DNA of 64,000 nt from Clostridiales bacterium (GTDB lineage: Bacteria; Bacillota; Clostridia; Monoglobales; JAIRYP01): assembly GCA_031267755.1 (NCBI GenBank), contig JAIRYP010000015.1, positions 142,538-206,537 of the forward strand, in the 5' to 3' direction. The notes under the pieces are model-generated. The model worked only from the letters and a program-made list of their open reading frames with translations. It was not told the DNA's origin and did not search any database. Position numbers and translations under genes: made by a program. Below are positions 20,238 through 30,582 of the stretch, in pieces (the stretch's first letter is position 1; the number at the start of each line of letters is the position of its first letter).

Positions 20238-21137
20238 ATGAGTGATGTAAATTTGAATAAAGATAAAAAAGAGTTTTTAGAAAATAAAGAAAAATATCCT
20301 GAATTATATTTAGATACTATAAAAGATGGAATTGTTTTAAAAGAAGATTGTTATGATATACTTAATATTTCTATAAATTGTTGTCATCATATTTGGAACT
20401 TGTCTGAAGGTCATGAAATTGACGAAATTAATTTCATAACTTCTGGAAATAACAGTGTTTTTTTTCAAAGGAAAGAAGTATGTGGTAAAAATTGTTTTTT
20501 TGTTTGTTTTAAAAGTGCCTCTACAATTTTAGAATGGTTTAGATGTTTTAGTTTTTTTAAAAAACCTTGTAAGTATTTAAAATTTAAAAAAGTTCATGGA
20601 GGTATTTTAAAAAGATTTTTAGAACTTGAAGAGGAATTTTTAGAAGTTTTTGAACAACATTATGTAAAAGGAGATAAAATTGTAGTTTTCGGTCATAGCT
20701 TGGGCGGTCCGCTTTCATTATTTGCACATCTTTCACTTTTGGAAAAAGGTTATGAAGATATTAATAATTTCTCATTTAATAGTCCTTTTTTTTTAACGAA
20801 AGAAGCAAAAAAAGAATTGGGAAAAATAATAAACGAGTATGAGTTTAATAGATTTTTCAGAGCGAATGATTTGATTTCAAATTTTCCCAAGTTTGGCGAT
20901 AAAAAAAGTTTATTAAATCGTTTCTTTAGAAGATTATTTAATTTTATTAAAAGATTATTGAAATTTAAATATTTTGGTCGAAAAATTAAAATACGTGAGG
21001 ATAAGACAGGTTCTTCTATAGAGTCACATAGAAAACTTATAACAAGAGAAGATTTTTTAGAAAAAAATTTTAAAGTACAAAATATCTCGAAATTTGTTAA
21101 AAAAACAGAAGCTCAAAAACTTGCGATGTCTTTTTAA
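20238..21137 (+). CDS. class 3 (fungal/eukaryote-type) lipase family protein
   Basis: Lipase_3 layout: FVCFKSASTILEW, then VHGGILKRF, then the nucleophile elbow VVFGHSLGGPLS (GHS at 20691-20699), then the Asp segment RANDLISNFP, then a His candidate SIESHRKL. No signal peptide. Confidence 0.7.
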   Translation: MSDVNLNKDKKEFLENKEKYPELYLDTIKDGIVLKEDCYDILNISINCCHHIWNLSEGHEIDEINFITSGNNSVFFQRKEVCGKNCFFVCFKSASTILEWFRCFSFFKKPCKYLKFKKVHGGILKRFLELEEEFLEVFEQHYVKGDKIVVFGHSLGGPLSLFAHLSLLEKGYEDINNFSFNSPFFLTKEAKKELGKIINEYEFNRFFRANDLISNFPKFGDKKSLLNRFFRRLFNFIKRLLKFKYFGRKIKIREDKTGSSIESHRKLITREDFLEKNFKVQNISKFVKKTEAQKLAMSF

Positions 21138-21172
21138 ATAAAGGTTTTATTTTTTTAATTGGAGAAAATAAT

Positions 21173-21997
21173 ATGAATATATTTCATGCAATTTTTTTGG
21201 GTTTTGTTCAAGGTTTTACTGAATTTTTTCCCGTTAGCAGTTCTGGTCATTTAACTTTATTTCAAGAAATATTTGGGTTAAAAATTAAAAATAGAGTTTT
21301 ATTTGACATATTTCTTCATTTTGGAACTTTATTATCAGTTATTATAGTTTTTAGAAAAGATATTGTTGAACTTATTAAAGAGTTTTTTTATTTTTTAGGT
21401 GATTTCATAAAATTTAATCCTAAAGTTAATAAAAATTATAATAGACGTTTGATAATGATGCTTATTAGTTCGGCTGTACCTTTAGTTTTTGTTGCTATAT
21501 TTAAGAAGTTTTTTGAAGAAATTTTTGATAATTTAAAGATAGTTGGAATGTCTTTAGTGATAACTGGAATTTTGATTTGGTTTATTGATAAAGTAGTTTA
21601 TGGCGATAAGACTTCCAGTAACGCGTCATTTTTTTCGGCATTTTTAGTTGGTCTTTCACAAGTTATTGCTGTAATTCCGGGATTATCTCGCTCAGGTATT
21701 ACGATATTTTCGGCAGTACTTTTGGGTTATAAAAAAAAGTTTGCTATAAAATTTTCGTTTTTGATGTCAATAATCGCGATATGTGGCGCCATGGTTTTGG
21801 AGTTGTCACATGGGTTTAGTTTTATTAACATACTGAAACCACTTGAAGTTTTTACATATTTTTTGTCTGTAATTGCATCTTGTATAAGTGGAATTTTTGC
21901 TATTAAGTTTTTTACGGTGCTTATGGAAAAAAATAAATTTCATTATTTTTCATATTATTGCTTAATCGTTGGAACAATCGTTACATTATACAGATAA
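21173..21997 (+). CDS. uppP: undecaprenyl-diphosphate phosphatase
   Basis: Motifs: FPVSSSGH and PGLSRSG. Polytopic membrane protein. Confidence 0.95.
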   Translation: MNIFHAIFLGFVQGFTEFFPVSSSGHLTLFQEIFGLKIKNRVLFDIFLHFGTLLSVIIVFRKDIVELIKEFFYFLGDFIKFNPKVNKNYNRRLIMMLISSAVPLVFVAIFKKFFEEIFDNLKIVGMSLVITGILIWFIDKVVYGDKTSSNASFFSAFLVGLSQVIAVIPGLSRSGITIFSAVLLGYKKKFAIKFSFLMSIIAICGAMVLELSHGFSFINILKPLEVFTYFLSVIASCISGIFAIKFFTVLMEKNKFHYFSYYCLIVGTIVTLYR

Positions 21998-22017
21998 GCT
22001 AATGACAAAAAATATGG

Positions 22018-24303
22018 ATGATTTTCAATTGGGGTGAGTGCAATTTGAAAAAAAAATTTCCTAAATTTTTAAGTTTAAAAAGTAGAAAAAATAAGGATCA
22101 AAACGTAAATTCGACAGATAAGAAGTTAAAAACTGCAAAAATAGAAAATGAAATGATTGGTATAATTGTAATTTTGCTTAGTATATTTATTTTTTTGTCT
22201 CTATTTACACGCGGTAACGGATATATGGGAAAAATTTTTAGATATTCTATATGTGGAATGTTTGGTTTTTCTTCATTTTTGTTACCTTTTATTGTATTAT
22301 TTTTAGGAGTAAAATATTTTATCAGTGATGAACAAAAAACTATTGGAAGTAAATTATTTGATACATTGGCAATAATTAGTGCAGTTTCCATATTGATAGT
22401 TTTGTTTTATTATGATTCGATTTCTTTAAGAGAAATGAGTATTATGGAAAATATAAATTATTCATTCAAAAATGGTGCCGAAAAAATGGGAGGCGGCGGG
22501 GTAATTGGGGAGATGTTTTGTATTATTTTAGTAAACTTGATTGGAAAAACTGGATCTTGGGTTATTTCAATTGGGTTAGTTCTTATTTTTATATTAGTTT
22601 TTACAGAAACATCAATTCAAGTTGCTATTAATAAAATGTGTAGTAAAATTAAACTTTTTTGTATTGATATAATTAAAAAGATTGAAGGAATAATAAAGGT
22701 AAAAAAAAATAAAAAAATTTTTTCCAAATGTTTGAGCGATAATGAACAAGAAATTGATTGTAAAAATTATGAAATAAATAAAATTTTTGGTAAAGTTCAA
22801 GAAAAGAAAATGGATAAAAGTTTTTTAGGTGACGAACAAGAGAATGGTTATAAATTGCCGCCTACAACTATTTTAAATAAACCTTCTCCGAATATTACTT
22901 CTATTAATAAGAAAATTCTTAAAGAAAAAGCAGATAAGCTTATTAATACTTTAAAAAGTTTTGGAGTTGAAGCAACAATTACAAATATTTCTTGTGGACC
23001 AACGGTTACAAGGTTTGAATTGTTTCCTGGTTTTGGTGTTAAGGTTAATAAAATTACAAATTTGTCGGATGATATAGCGTTAAGCCTTGCTGCATTGAGT
23101 GTTAGAATTGAAGCTCCAATTCCTGGAAAGTCTGCGATTGGTGTTGAAATACCGAATGAAGGTTCAGCTGATGTTCCAGTTAGAGATGTAATTGATACCG
23201 ATGAATTCAAAAATTTTAATTCTAAAGTTGCGTTTGCCATTGGAAAAGATATAAGTGGAAATTGCATAATATCAGATATTTCTAAGTTTCCACATGTTTT
23301 AATTGCTGGTGCAACTGGTTCCGGTAAAAGTGTTTGCATAAATTCTCTTATTACAAGCGTATTATATAAAGCGAGACCCGATGAAGTAAAATTTATAATG
23401 ATTGATCCTAAAATGGTTGAACTTGGGGTTTATAATGGCATACCGCATCTTTTGGTTCCCGTTGTAACAAATGCGAAAAAAGCAGCAGGGGCACTTAATT
23501 GGGCAGTTGTTGAGATGCAAAATAGGTATAGGTTGTTTTCCGAAAACAGTGTGAGAAATTTAAATGGATACAATGAGCTAATGAGGAAGAATGAGAAATT
23601 GAGTGCGTTGATACCTGAAATAATTATTATTATAGATGAACTTGCAGATCTTATGATGGTTGCAAAAGATGAAGTGGAAGATGCTATAAATAGGCTTGCT
23701 GCTCTTGCACGGGCAGCTGGTATGTATCTTGTTATTGCAACTCAAAGGCCATCTGTTAACGTTATAACTGGTGTTATAAAAGCAAATGTGCCATCTAGAA
23801 TTTCGTTTGCTGTAACTTCGCAGGTTGATAGCAGAACGATTATTGATTCAATTGGAGCTGAGAAATTGCTTGGTAGAGGTGATATGCTTTATTATCCTTG
23901 TGGTGCTTCAAAGCCTCTTAGAGTTCAAGGAAATTTTGTTTCCGATTCTGAAGTTGAAAATTTAGTAGATTATGTTAAGAAACAAAGTTTAGTAACATAT
24001 AACGAAGGATTTTTAGAACAACTTAAAAGCGAAGATGAAAATTTAGAGAAGAAAAGGAAAAAAAGTGTTAATACAAAAATTGATGAAGAAATTTTTTCTG
24101 AGGCTATTAGATTTTGCGAAGAGATGGATGAGATATCAGCAGCAATTTTGCAGCGTGAGTTAGAAATTGATTATCTTCAAGCTAAAAAAATGATTGAAAA
24201 ATTGGAGGAAGAAAATTTTGTTGGTCCAAATAATGGTAGTGGTTTGAGAAAAGTTTTGATTACGCGCAAAGAAAAAGAAATAAATTCAGAGGGGAATACT
24301 TAA
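22018..24303 (+). CDS. ftsK: DNA translocase FtsK/SpoIIIE
   Basis: Has N-terminal TM helices, Walker A GATGSGKSVCIN, Walker B IIIIDELADLM, ATQRPS, and a C-terminal gamma winged-helix domain. Confidence 0.95.
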   Translation: MIFNWGECNLKKKFPKFLSLKSRKNKDQNVNSTDKKLKTAKIENEMIGIIVILLSIFIFLSLFTRGNGYMGKIFRYSICGMFGFSSFLLPFIVLFLGVKYFISDEQKTIGSKLFDTLAIISAVSILIVLFYYDSISLREMSIMENINYSFKNGAEKMGGGGVIGEMFCIILVNLIGKTGSWVISIGLVLIFILVFTETSIQVAINKMCSKIKLFCIDIIKKIEGIIKVKKNKKIFSKCLSDNEQEIDCKNYEINKIFGKVQEKKMDKSFLGDEQENGYKLPPTTILNKPSPNITSINKKILKEKADKLINTLKSFGVEATITNISCGPTVTRFELFPGFGVKVNKITNLSDDIALSLAALSVRIEAPIPGKSAIGVEIPNEGSADVPVRDVIDTDEFKNFNSKVAFAIGKDISGNCIISDISKFPHVLIAGATGSGKSVCINSLITSVLYKARPDEVKFIMIDPKMVELGVYNGIPHLLVPVVTNAKKAAGALNWAVVEMQNRYRLFSENSVRNLNGYNELMRKNEKLSALIPEIIIIIDELADLMMVAKDEVEDAINRLAALARAAGMYLVIATQRPSVNVITGVIKANVPSRISFAVTSQVDSRTIIDSIGAEKLLGRGDMLYYPCGASKPLRVQGNFVSDSEVENLVDYVKKQSLVTYNEGFLEQLKSEDENLEKKRKKSVNTKIDEEIFSEAIRFCEEMDEISAAILQRELEIDYLQAKKMIEKLEEENFVGPNNGSGLRKVLITRKEKEINSEGNT

Positions 24304-24447
24304 AAAATAAGTTTTTAATTCATTGGAATTTATTTCATTATTTTAAATTAAAGAAACACAATTTTTTAGCAAAATGAATATAGTTTAACTTGTCCTCATA
24401 TAAATTATTAATTCAGTTAATAAAAAAATTAATTCGGAGGACAAATT

Positions 24448-27075
24448 ATGAATAGTTACAAAGGTTTAAATGATGTTCAAGTGAAATTATCTAGGGAGAA
24501 GAATGGTTTAAATGAAATAATTTTTGAAAATAAAAATACTTTTTGGGGAAAATATTTTGGAAATTTTAAAGATCCGTTAATAAAAATATTATTGGCTGCC
24601 TTGTGTATTAATTTAATGTTTGTGTTTTTCGGAAAAGTTTCTTGGTATGAAACTGTTGGGATTTTTATATCTATAATGATTTCAACTTTTGTTAGCACAA
24701 TATCTGAATATAAAAATGAGAATGCTTTCGAAAAGATTCGTGATGAAGCTTCGAAGACAATGTGCAAAGTTTATAGAAATGAAAAATTAAATGAAATTTT
24801 GGTGGGAAATGTAGTTGTTGGTGATTATGTATTACTCGAAACTGGCGATGCGGTGCCGGCTGATGGATTAATAATATCTGGAGAAATAAAAGTTGATCAA
24901 TCTTCATTAAATGGAGAGTCTGAAGAAATTAGAAAATACAAAGGGCATAATTGTATAAAAGATATTGATTTTGTTGAAGATTTTTGGGATCAAAATAATT
25001 TGTTTAGAGGAAGTTTAGTTTGCTCTGGCAGTGCTGTTATGAAAGTTTTAAGAGTTGGAGTCAATACGGTTTATGGAAAAATGAATCGTGAAATTCACAC
25101 TCTTGATAGGGATAGCCCGCTTGTCGTAAAGCTTTCAAAGCTTGCTGATGGAATAAGTAAATTTGGTTACATAGGAGCTATATTAGTAGTTTTATTTCAT
25201 ATGATAGATGTAATATTTTTAAAAAATTGTTTTGATAAAGTTTTAATTTTTAATTATTTAAAAGATTTTCCACAGATTACATCTGATTTTATCGAAGCGC
25301 TTATTTTAGGAATAGTTGTAATAGTTGTTGCAGTTCCTGAAGGACTTCCACTCATGATTGCAATCGTATGTTCGATTAATATGAAAAAAATGCTTAAAAG
25401 TAATGTTTTGGTGCGAAAAATAATTGGTATTGAAACTGCAGGAAGTATTAATATTTTGTTTTCTGATAAGACTGGTACGATGACTTATGGAAGACCCGAA
25501 GTTACAAAATTTATATTGGGCAATAATAAAATATATTCTAAGTATAAAGATATGTCTGAAAAAATAAAAGATTTAGTATTTTTATCGCTTGAAATTGCAA
25601 GCAGTTCTTTGAGGGGCGATCAAAACGTTATTGGAGGTAATGTAACGGAAAAGGCTCTCTTAAAATTCGTTACTGAGCAAAGGCAATTGAATTTGAAAAA
25701 AATCGACGAAATGTCATTTAATAGTGAGCAAAAATTCTCTGCATTTGAGGTAAGAGGAGATTATAATTTAACGATTATAAAAGGCATGCCAGAAAAAATA
25801 ATTAAAAATTTGAAGTTTTATTACGATGAAAATGGCGTAAAAAAATCCTTGCATAGTGTTTATGAACTTGGTAAAGAAATTGAAAATATGGCAAGAAGTG
25901 GACACCGAGTGATTGCAATTGCTGTATCGGAAGCAAAAATTCAAAATAAAATTCCAAGTAATTTGATTCTTATTGGAATTGTTGGGATGAGAGATGAAAT
26001 TAGGCCAGAGGTTAGAAATTCAATAAATGAAGTAAAAAGAGCCGGAATTTCAGTTGTTATGGTAACTGGAGACAAAAAAGAAACTGCGGTTACAATTGCA
26101 AGAGAAATTGGGCTTTTAGAAAAAAACGGTTTAGTTAAAACTTCTGAAGAGATAAACTTAATGAGTGATGAAGAATTAAAAAATAAAATTATGTATATAA
26201 ACGTGATTGCACGTGCGATGCCATCCGATAAGAGTAGACTTGTTAGAATTTCACAAGAAATGGGTCTTGTAGTTGGGATGACAGGCGATGGAGTGAACGA
26301 TTCACCTGCTTTAAAAATGTCAGATGTTGGTTTTGCAATGGGAAGCGGAAGTGAGATATCGAAAGAAGCATCCGATATTGTAATTTTGAATGATGATTTT
26401 TCGTCAATTAAAAAAGCTGTACTTTATGGGAGAACAATTTATAATAATATAAAAAAATTTATTACTTTTCAGCTTACAATAAATGTTGCAGCAGTGTTTA
26501 TATCAATAATTGGTCCATTGCTTGGTGTAGGCAAAGCGCTTGATATAACGCAGATGTTGTGGGTTAATCTTGTGATGGATACTTTAGCCGCAATTGCATT
26601 TGGAGGAGAAGCGGCTCTTAAAAAATATTTATTTGAAAAACCAAAAAAACGTAATGAGAATATAATTGACAAATCAATGTGGAGTGCTATTACTATGAAT
26701 GGGCTTTTTATTTGTTCGCTTTCAATGTTTATGTTTTTGTCAAGTAAAGTTCAAGGTTTATTTAGACAAAGCGACACAAATATACATTTTTATACAGGTT
26801 ATTTTACATTTTTTATATTTACGTGTATATTTAATGCGTTCAATACAAGAACGAGCAGTATAGATCTTTCGGAAAATATTTCAATTAATAAAAATTTTGT
26901 TTGGACGATGTTTTTTATAACTTTAATACAAATTTTTATGACACATTTTGGCGGAAGTGTTTTGAGAACTTCGGGTTTGACATTGACTGAATGGTTTGTT
27001 GTGCTTGCAATGGCTTCTCTTATAATTCCAGTTGATGTTATTAGAAAAATTTTTATAAAATTTCAAACGAGATAG
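24448..27075 (+). CDS. P-type Ca2+-transporting ATPase (P2 type)
   Basis: Motifs: DKTGTMT, PEGLP, MVTGDKKETA and GDGVNDSPALK. About ten TM helices. Confidence 0.9.
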   Translation: MNSYKGLNDVQVKLSREKNGLNEIIFENKNTFWGKYFGNFKDPLIKILLAALCINLMFVFFGKVSWYETVGIFISIMISTFVSTISEYKNENAFEKIRDEASKTMCKVYRNEKLNEILVGNVVVGDYVLLETGDAVPADGLIISGEIKVDQSSLNGESEEIRKYKGHNCIKDIDFVEDFWDQNNLFRGSLVCSGSAVMKVLRVGVNTVYGKMNREIHTLDRDSPLVVKLSKLADGISKFGYIGAILVVLFHMIDVIFLKNCFDKVLIFNYLKDFPQITSDFIEALILGIVVIVVAVPEGLPLMIAIVCSINMKKMLKSNVLVRKIIGIETAGSINILFSDKTGTMTYGRPEVTKFILGNNKIYSKYKDMSEKIKDLVFLSLEIASSSLRGDQNVIGGNVTEKALLKFVTEQRQLNLKKIDEMSFNSEQKFSAFEVRGDYNLTIIKGMPEKIIKNLKFYYDENGVKKSLHSVYELGKEIENMARSGHRVIAIAVSEAKIQNKIPSNLILIGIVGMRDEIRPEVRNSINEVKRAGISVVMVTGDKKETAVTIAREIGLLEKNGLVKTSEEINLMSDEELKNKIMYINVIARAMPSDKSRLVRISQEMGLVVGMTGDGVNDSPALKMSDVGFAMGSGSEISKEASDIVILNDDFSSIKKAVLYGRTIYNNIKKFITFQLTINVAAVFISIIGPLLGVGKALDITQMLWVNLVMDTLAAIAFGGEAALKKYLFEKPKKRNENIIDKSMWSAITMNGLFICSLSMFMFLSSKVQGLFRQSDTNIHFYTGYFTFFIFTCIFNAFNTRTSSIDLSENISINKNFVWTMFFITLIQIFMTHFGGSVLRTSGLTLTEWFVVLAMASLIIPVDVIRKIFIKFQTR

Positions 27076-27100
27076 AAAATAAAAAAAATAAGAATTTTTA

Positions 27101-27129
27101 TTGACAAAATATTTTTAATGTAATATATT
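27101..27129 (+). promoter_or_regulatory. putative sigma-A-type promoter for ORF 27218
   Basis: TTGACA (27101-27106), a 17-nt spacer, then TATATT (27124-27129). Confidence 0.3.
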
Positions 27130-27217
27130 ATTAAAAAGTTTTTATTAGTTTAAATATTTAGCAAACCTTTAATATTTTATGATTGTTTAATACTTTGAAT
27201 TTATAGGAGCATGAAAA

Positions 27218-28225
27218 ATGAATGAAGCTCAATTAAAAACAGCGCATGAAAAAGTTGATGCAGCTTTTAAGAGTGTTAGAGTTGCTGTGGAATTGAAAGA
27301 TAGAGAAAATAAAAAAAAAGTAACAGAGTCTGGAATTTTAAATGCTGCGCTTTTGGCTCTATCGTCTGCTCATACTTTAGTGCCAGCGGATATATTTGTT
27401 TCATCTCTTACAGAAGAAATTTGTCTATTTTATCATGAAAATCCAGATAAATTTATTAAGTTTTTTGTTAATTTTTTAAAATTAAATTTTCCCAAGAAAA
27501 CATCTGGACCTTTAGTGGCTTTGTGTGAAACATTGTATGAAAAATCTAAATCTGAAGAAGGCAATAATAAGAAAATTTATCTTGCTTTTTTACTTGCTTC
27601 TTTTATTTTGGGTAATTCTAATGTTACTGATATTGTTACAAGGAATCTTCCTATTGAATTTGGACGAGTGGGCGAAGAAAGTGAATCAGCAGCAGCATCA
27701 ATGGATGATTATTTAGATAATAAACTTTATGAGGTTCTTGATGCAGTTAAGCCAACCCAATTTAAAGCGAAAAAGGTGTATCATGGTATTTTAAAATTTT
27801 TATTAGGGCTTGCTGTTTTTTCAGTTGTTGTTTTAGCTTTATTTTATTTTTTACCTATGTTAGCATTTTTACCTGTGATAGCGTGCGAAATTGTTGTAGG
27901 AACATTAATTGGTACTTTGGCAACAGCGTCGTTTACGTATGCCGTTAATAAGTTGTTTTTTTCAGTTGAAGAAAGAAAAGATTTTGAAGAATATACTGAA
28001 ACGGTAGATAATCTAAGAAATTTTTGTAAAAAATTAAAAGTTGAATTTAATCAAGTTTCAAAAAAAGATGAAAAAGATAAAAATAAAGATGAAAATGATA
28101 AAGATTTTGAACGGATTATACCTGCAAATGGTCTTGTTGTTAATCGTTTTAGGAAATGTGAGGCTATTTTAACAGTTAATGATTATTATTTATCTCCTAA
28201 TAAAGCTGCAGAGCCGGGTCTTTAA
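27218..28225 (+). CDS. hypothetical membrane protein with a single ~50-aa bilobed hydrophobic segment
   Basis: 335 aa. A helical N-domain is followed by the hydrophobic stretch ILKFLLGLAVFSVVVLALFYFLPMLAFLPVIACEIVVGTLIGTLATASFTYAV (nt ~27788-27946), then a charged KDEKDKNKDENDKD region. No signal peptide and no recognised family. Confidence 0.55.
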   Translation: MNEAQLKTAHEKVDAAFKSVRVAVELKDRENKKKVTESGILNAALLALSSAHTLVPADIFVSSLTEEICLFYHENPDKFIKFFVNFLKLNFPKKTSGPLVALCETLYEKSKSEEGNNKKIYLAFLLASFILGNSNVTDIVTRNLPIEFGRVGEESESAAASMDDYLDNKLYEVLDAVKPTQFKAKKVYHGILKFLLGLAVFSVVVLALFYFLPMLAFLPVIACEIVVGTLIGTLATASFTYAVNKLFFSVEERKDFEEYTETVDNLRNFCKKLKVEFNQVSKKDEKDKNKDENDKDFERIIPANGLVVNRFRKCEAILTVNDYYLSPNKAAEPGL

Positions 28226-28266
28226 ATGTGTTTGTTTTGGGTGAATTTTAATAATTGGTGTGTCGC

Positions 28267-29370
28267 ATGAGATTTAAGGATATAGTTTGTCATGATACAA
28301 TAAAAATGTTACTTGTTAATTCAGTAAGAAAAGGATTGACAGGCAATATATACGTTTTTGAAGGTCTAAGTGGAGTAGGAAAATTTAGCATGGCAAAGGC
28401 CTTTATAAGTTTTTTGATGTGTGAAAATAATTTATTTAATAATGATTCTTGTGATGAGTGTGAAAATTGTAAAATGAACTTTTTGGAAAATCATCCAGAT
28501 GTATTTTTTGTTAATGATGATTTTCGGTATCTTAAAAATATACCTGGTAAATTTTCTACGCCTTCTAGTGTTTTAAGAGAACTTAAAGAGAGTTTTTTTG
28601 ATAAGTCTTTGTTTAATAAAAAGTTTTATATAATATTAAATGCTAATTTTATGACAGTTGAAATGCAAGATATTTTGTTTGAATTGTCTAATTGCGAAAT
28701 CAATGAATGCGTAGTTATAATTATTGCTGAAAGTTGTAAAATATTACCTGAAAAATTAGTTTTTAGATCCTGTGTGTTAAGATTTAACAAAATTTCTTTC
28801 AAAATTATAAAAAAGTATTTATTAGATAAATATAATAATTTATTTGATGAAAAAGAAAAAAAATTTGAAGAGGAAGTTGAAATAGTTTCTAAAATAAGTG
28901 AAGGCAGTATAGGAAAAGCAATTAATATTTTAAAAAATAAAGAAATAATTGAGATTAGGAAATTTTTAATAAACAATATTTTAAACCTATTTTCTTCTGA
29001 ATATGAAAACACTTTTGATTTTATTTTATATTTGCAGAAAAATAAAAATTATATGGATTTTATTTTAAATTTTATTAAAAGTGTTTTTGAAGACATAGTA
29101 AAGATAAAGTTTGAGAGATTAGAAATTGATGAAAAATTAAGTGAAATTATGAACGAGAAATTGTTGAATGTAGATTTTTTTGATAAGTTGGTTAAAGTTG
29201 AAAAAATAATTACAGAAGAATGTTTGTTGAGAATAATTCATTCTATAATATTTTTTAAAGATTGTTTAAATACTAATGTTGACTATGATGTTTTTATTAC
29301 TCAATTTGTAATTAATTTGAACGAAAATAATAAGTTTGAGGTTTTGTGTGAAAAGAATTATTGGGGTTAG
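28267..29370 (+). CDS. holB: DNA polymerase III subunit delta'
   Basis: The degenerate Walker A VFEGLSGVGKFSMAKAF, the Cys motif CDECENCK, and its position upstream of yaaT all support the call. Start moved to ATG 28267. Confidence 0.8.
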   Translation: MRFKDIVCHDTIKMLLVNSVRKGLTGNIYVFEGLSGVGKFSMAKAFISFLMCENNLFNNDSCDECENCKMNFLENHPDVFFVNDDFRYLKNIPGKFSTPSSVLRELKESFFDKSLFNKKFYIILNANFMTVEMQDILFELSNCEINECVVIIIAESCKILPEKLVFRSCVLRFNKISFKIIKKYLLDKYNNLFDEKEKKFEEEVEIVSKISEGSIGKAINILKNKEIIEIRKFLINNILNLFSSEYENTFDFILYLQKNKNYMDFILNFIKSVFEDIVKIKFERLEIDEKLSEIMNEKLLNVDFFDKLVKVEKIITEECLLRIIHSIIFFKDCLNTNVDYDVFITQFVINLNENNKFEVLCEKNYWG

Positions 29371-30199
29371 GCTTTCTAAGTTGAGTAAATTATATTATTT
29401 TGAAATTTTGGATCAAGAATTTAAGCTTGGAGATAGAGTAGTTATTGAAATTCCACGTAATGGTTTAAATGTGGCGACAGTTGTAATTGTAAAAGAAAAA
29501 CTTTGTGATAGCAAATATGAAAGATTTATTAAAAATGAAGGTTATAATAAAGAAAGATATAATTTGATTAAATTTGTGCGTTTTGTTTCTCAAGAAGATT
29601 TAAACAAGTTGGAAAGTAACAAAGAGAAATCAGAAAATGCAAAAAATATTGCCATTAAGCAAATTGAAGATTTAAGGCTTAAAATGAGTCTTTTAGAAGT
29701 TGAATATACGTTTGATTTGAAGAAAATGGTTTTTTATTTTATCTCAAATGGAAGAGTAGATTTTAGAAAACTTGTTACGAATATGGCAAGAATTTTTCGA
29801 TCAAAAATTGAAATGCGTCAAATTAGTGTAAGAGATGAAGCAAAACGGCTTGGTGGCATCGGAATATGCGGAAAACCTTTTTGTTGTTCAACATTTCTTA
29901 GTGAATTTAATCCTGTATCTGTGAAAATGGCCAAAGAACAGTCAATAATGCTTAATCCCTCAAAAATATCAGGTACATGTGGTAGATTTATGTGTTGTCT
30001 ACAATATGAACGTAATTCTTACGAAGAAATGATTAAAAATATGCCGAAAATAAATTCTATTGTAAAAACTACAGAGGGCGTTGGGAGTGTGGTTGAGGTC
30101 GTAATGATTAAAAATAAAGTTAAGGTAAAATTAACCAAAGAAGGTAGTAAAATTTTAAAATTTTTTGATGTTCGTGATATTGAGGAAATAAAAGAATAA
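29336..30199 (+). CDS. yaaT: PSP1 domain protein (YaaT/RicT, stage 0 sporulation)
   Basis: PSP1 core MRQISVRDEAKRLGGIGICGKPFCCSTFL and GTCGRFMCCLQYE. The alternative start GTG 29348 would shorten the overlap with holB. Confidence 0.85.
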   Translation: MRFCVKRIIGVRLSKLSKLYYFEILDQEFKLGDRVVIEIPRNGLNVATVVIVKEKLCDSKYERFIKNEGYNKERYNLIKFVRFVSQEDLNKLESNKEKSENAKNIAIKQIEDLRLKMSLLEVEYTFDLKKMVFYFISNGRVDFRKLVTNMARIFRSKIEMRQISVRDEAKRLGGIGICGKPFCCSTFLSEFNPVSVKMAKEQSIMLNPSKISGTCGRFMCCLQYERNSYEEMIKNMPKINSIVKTTEGVGSVVEVVMIKNKVKVKLTKEGSKILKFFDVRDIEEIKE

Positions 30200-30582
30200 G
30201 TTTAAGGAAATATTTTTTCAATATATTGTTTTATATTTTTTTTATTAATAATTCTTAAATTTTTTTGTTTTTTATCATTGACTTTTTATTATTCTTTGTA
30301 TTTTTTCAAAAAAAAATTAAAATAATTGATTTTAAGTATAAAATGTTTTGAATTATATTTGTAAATTTGGGCATAAATAATTTATTAAACTTATTACTTT
30401 ATGTATTTTAAATTAATTTTATGTTGTAGTAGTGGGATGTATTTCGATGTTATCATAGATTTTGTAGTTTTAAATTTAATTTTAAAAATTAAAATCAAAA
30501 AACAAAAATTTTATATAAAAAATTTTGATTAAATTTTTAAGAAATTTTGAATTTATATGAAATTATTAAGGGGGTAAAATCA

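Noticed and set aside
22848-23339. 163-aa antisense ORF inside ftsK. Similar antisense ORFs occur inside other genes: 259-468, 1285-1479, 3794-4033, 4538-4768, 10431-11114, 15708-15896, 16566-16898, 19449-19706, 24477-24907, 26469-26672, 28626-29012, 30789-31130, 32241-32549, 33784-34041, 42978-43637, 46127-47074, 48199-48840, 50849-52192, 58405-58650, 59521-59709 and 62162-62416.
   Set aside because: These are shadow ORFs on the strand opposite to genes with strong motif support. They have no RBS and no recognisable motifs.
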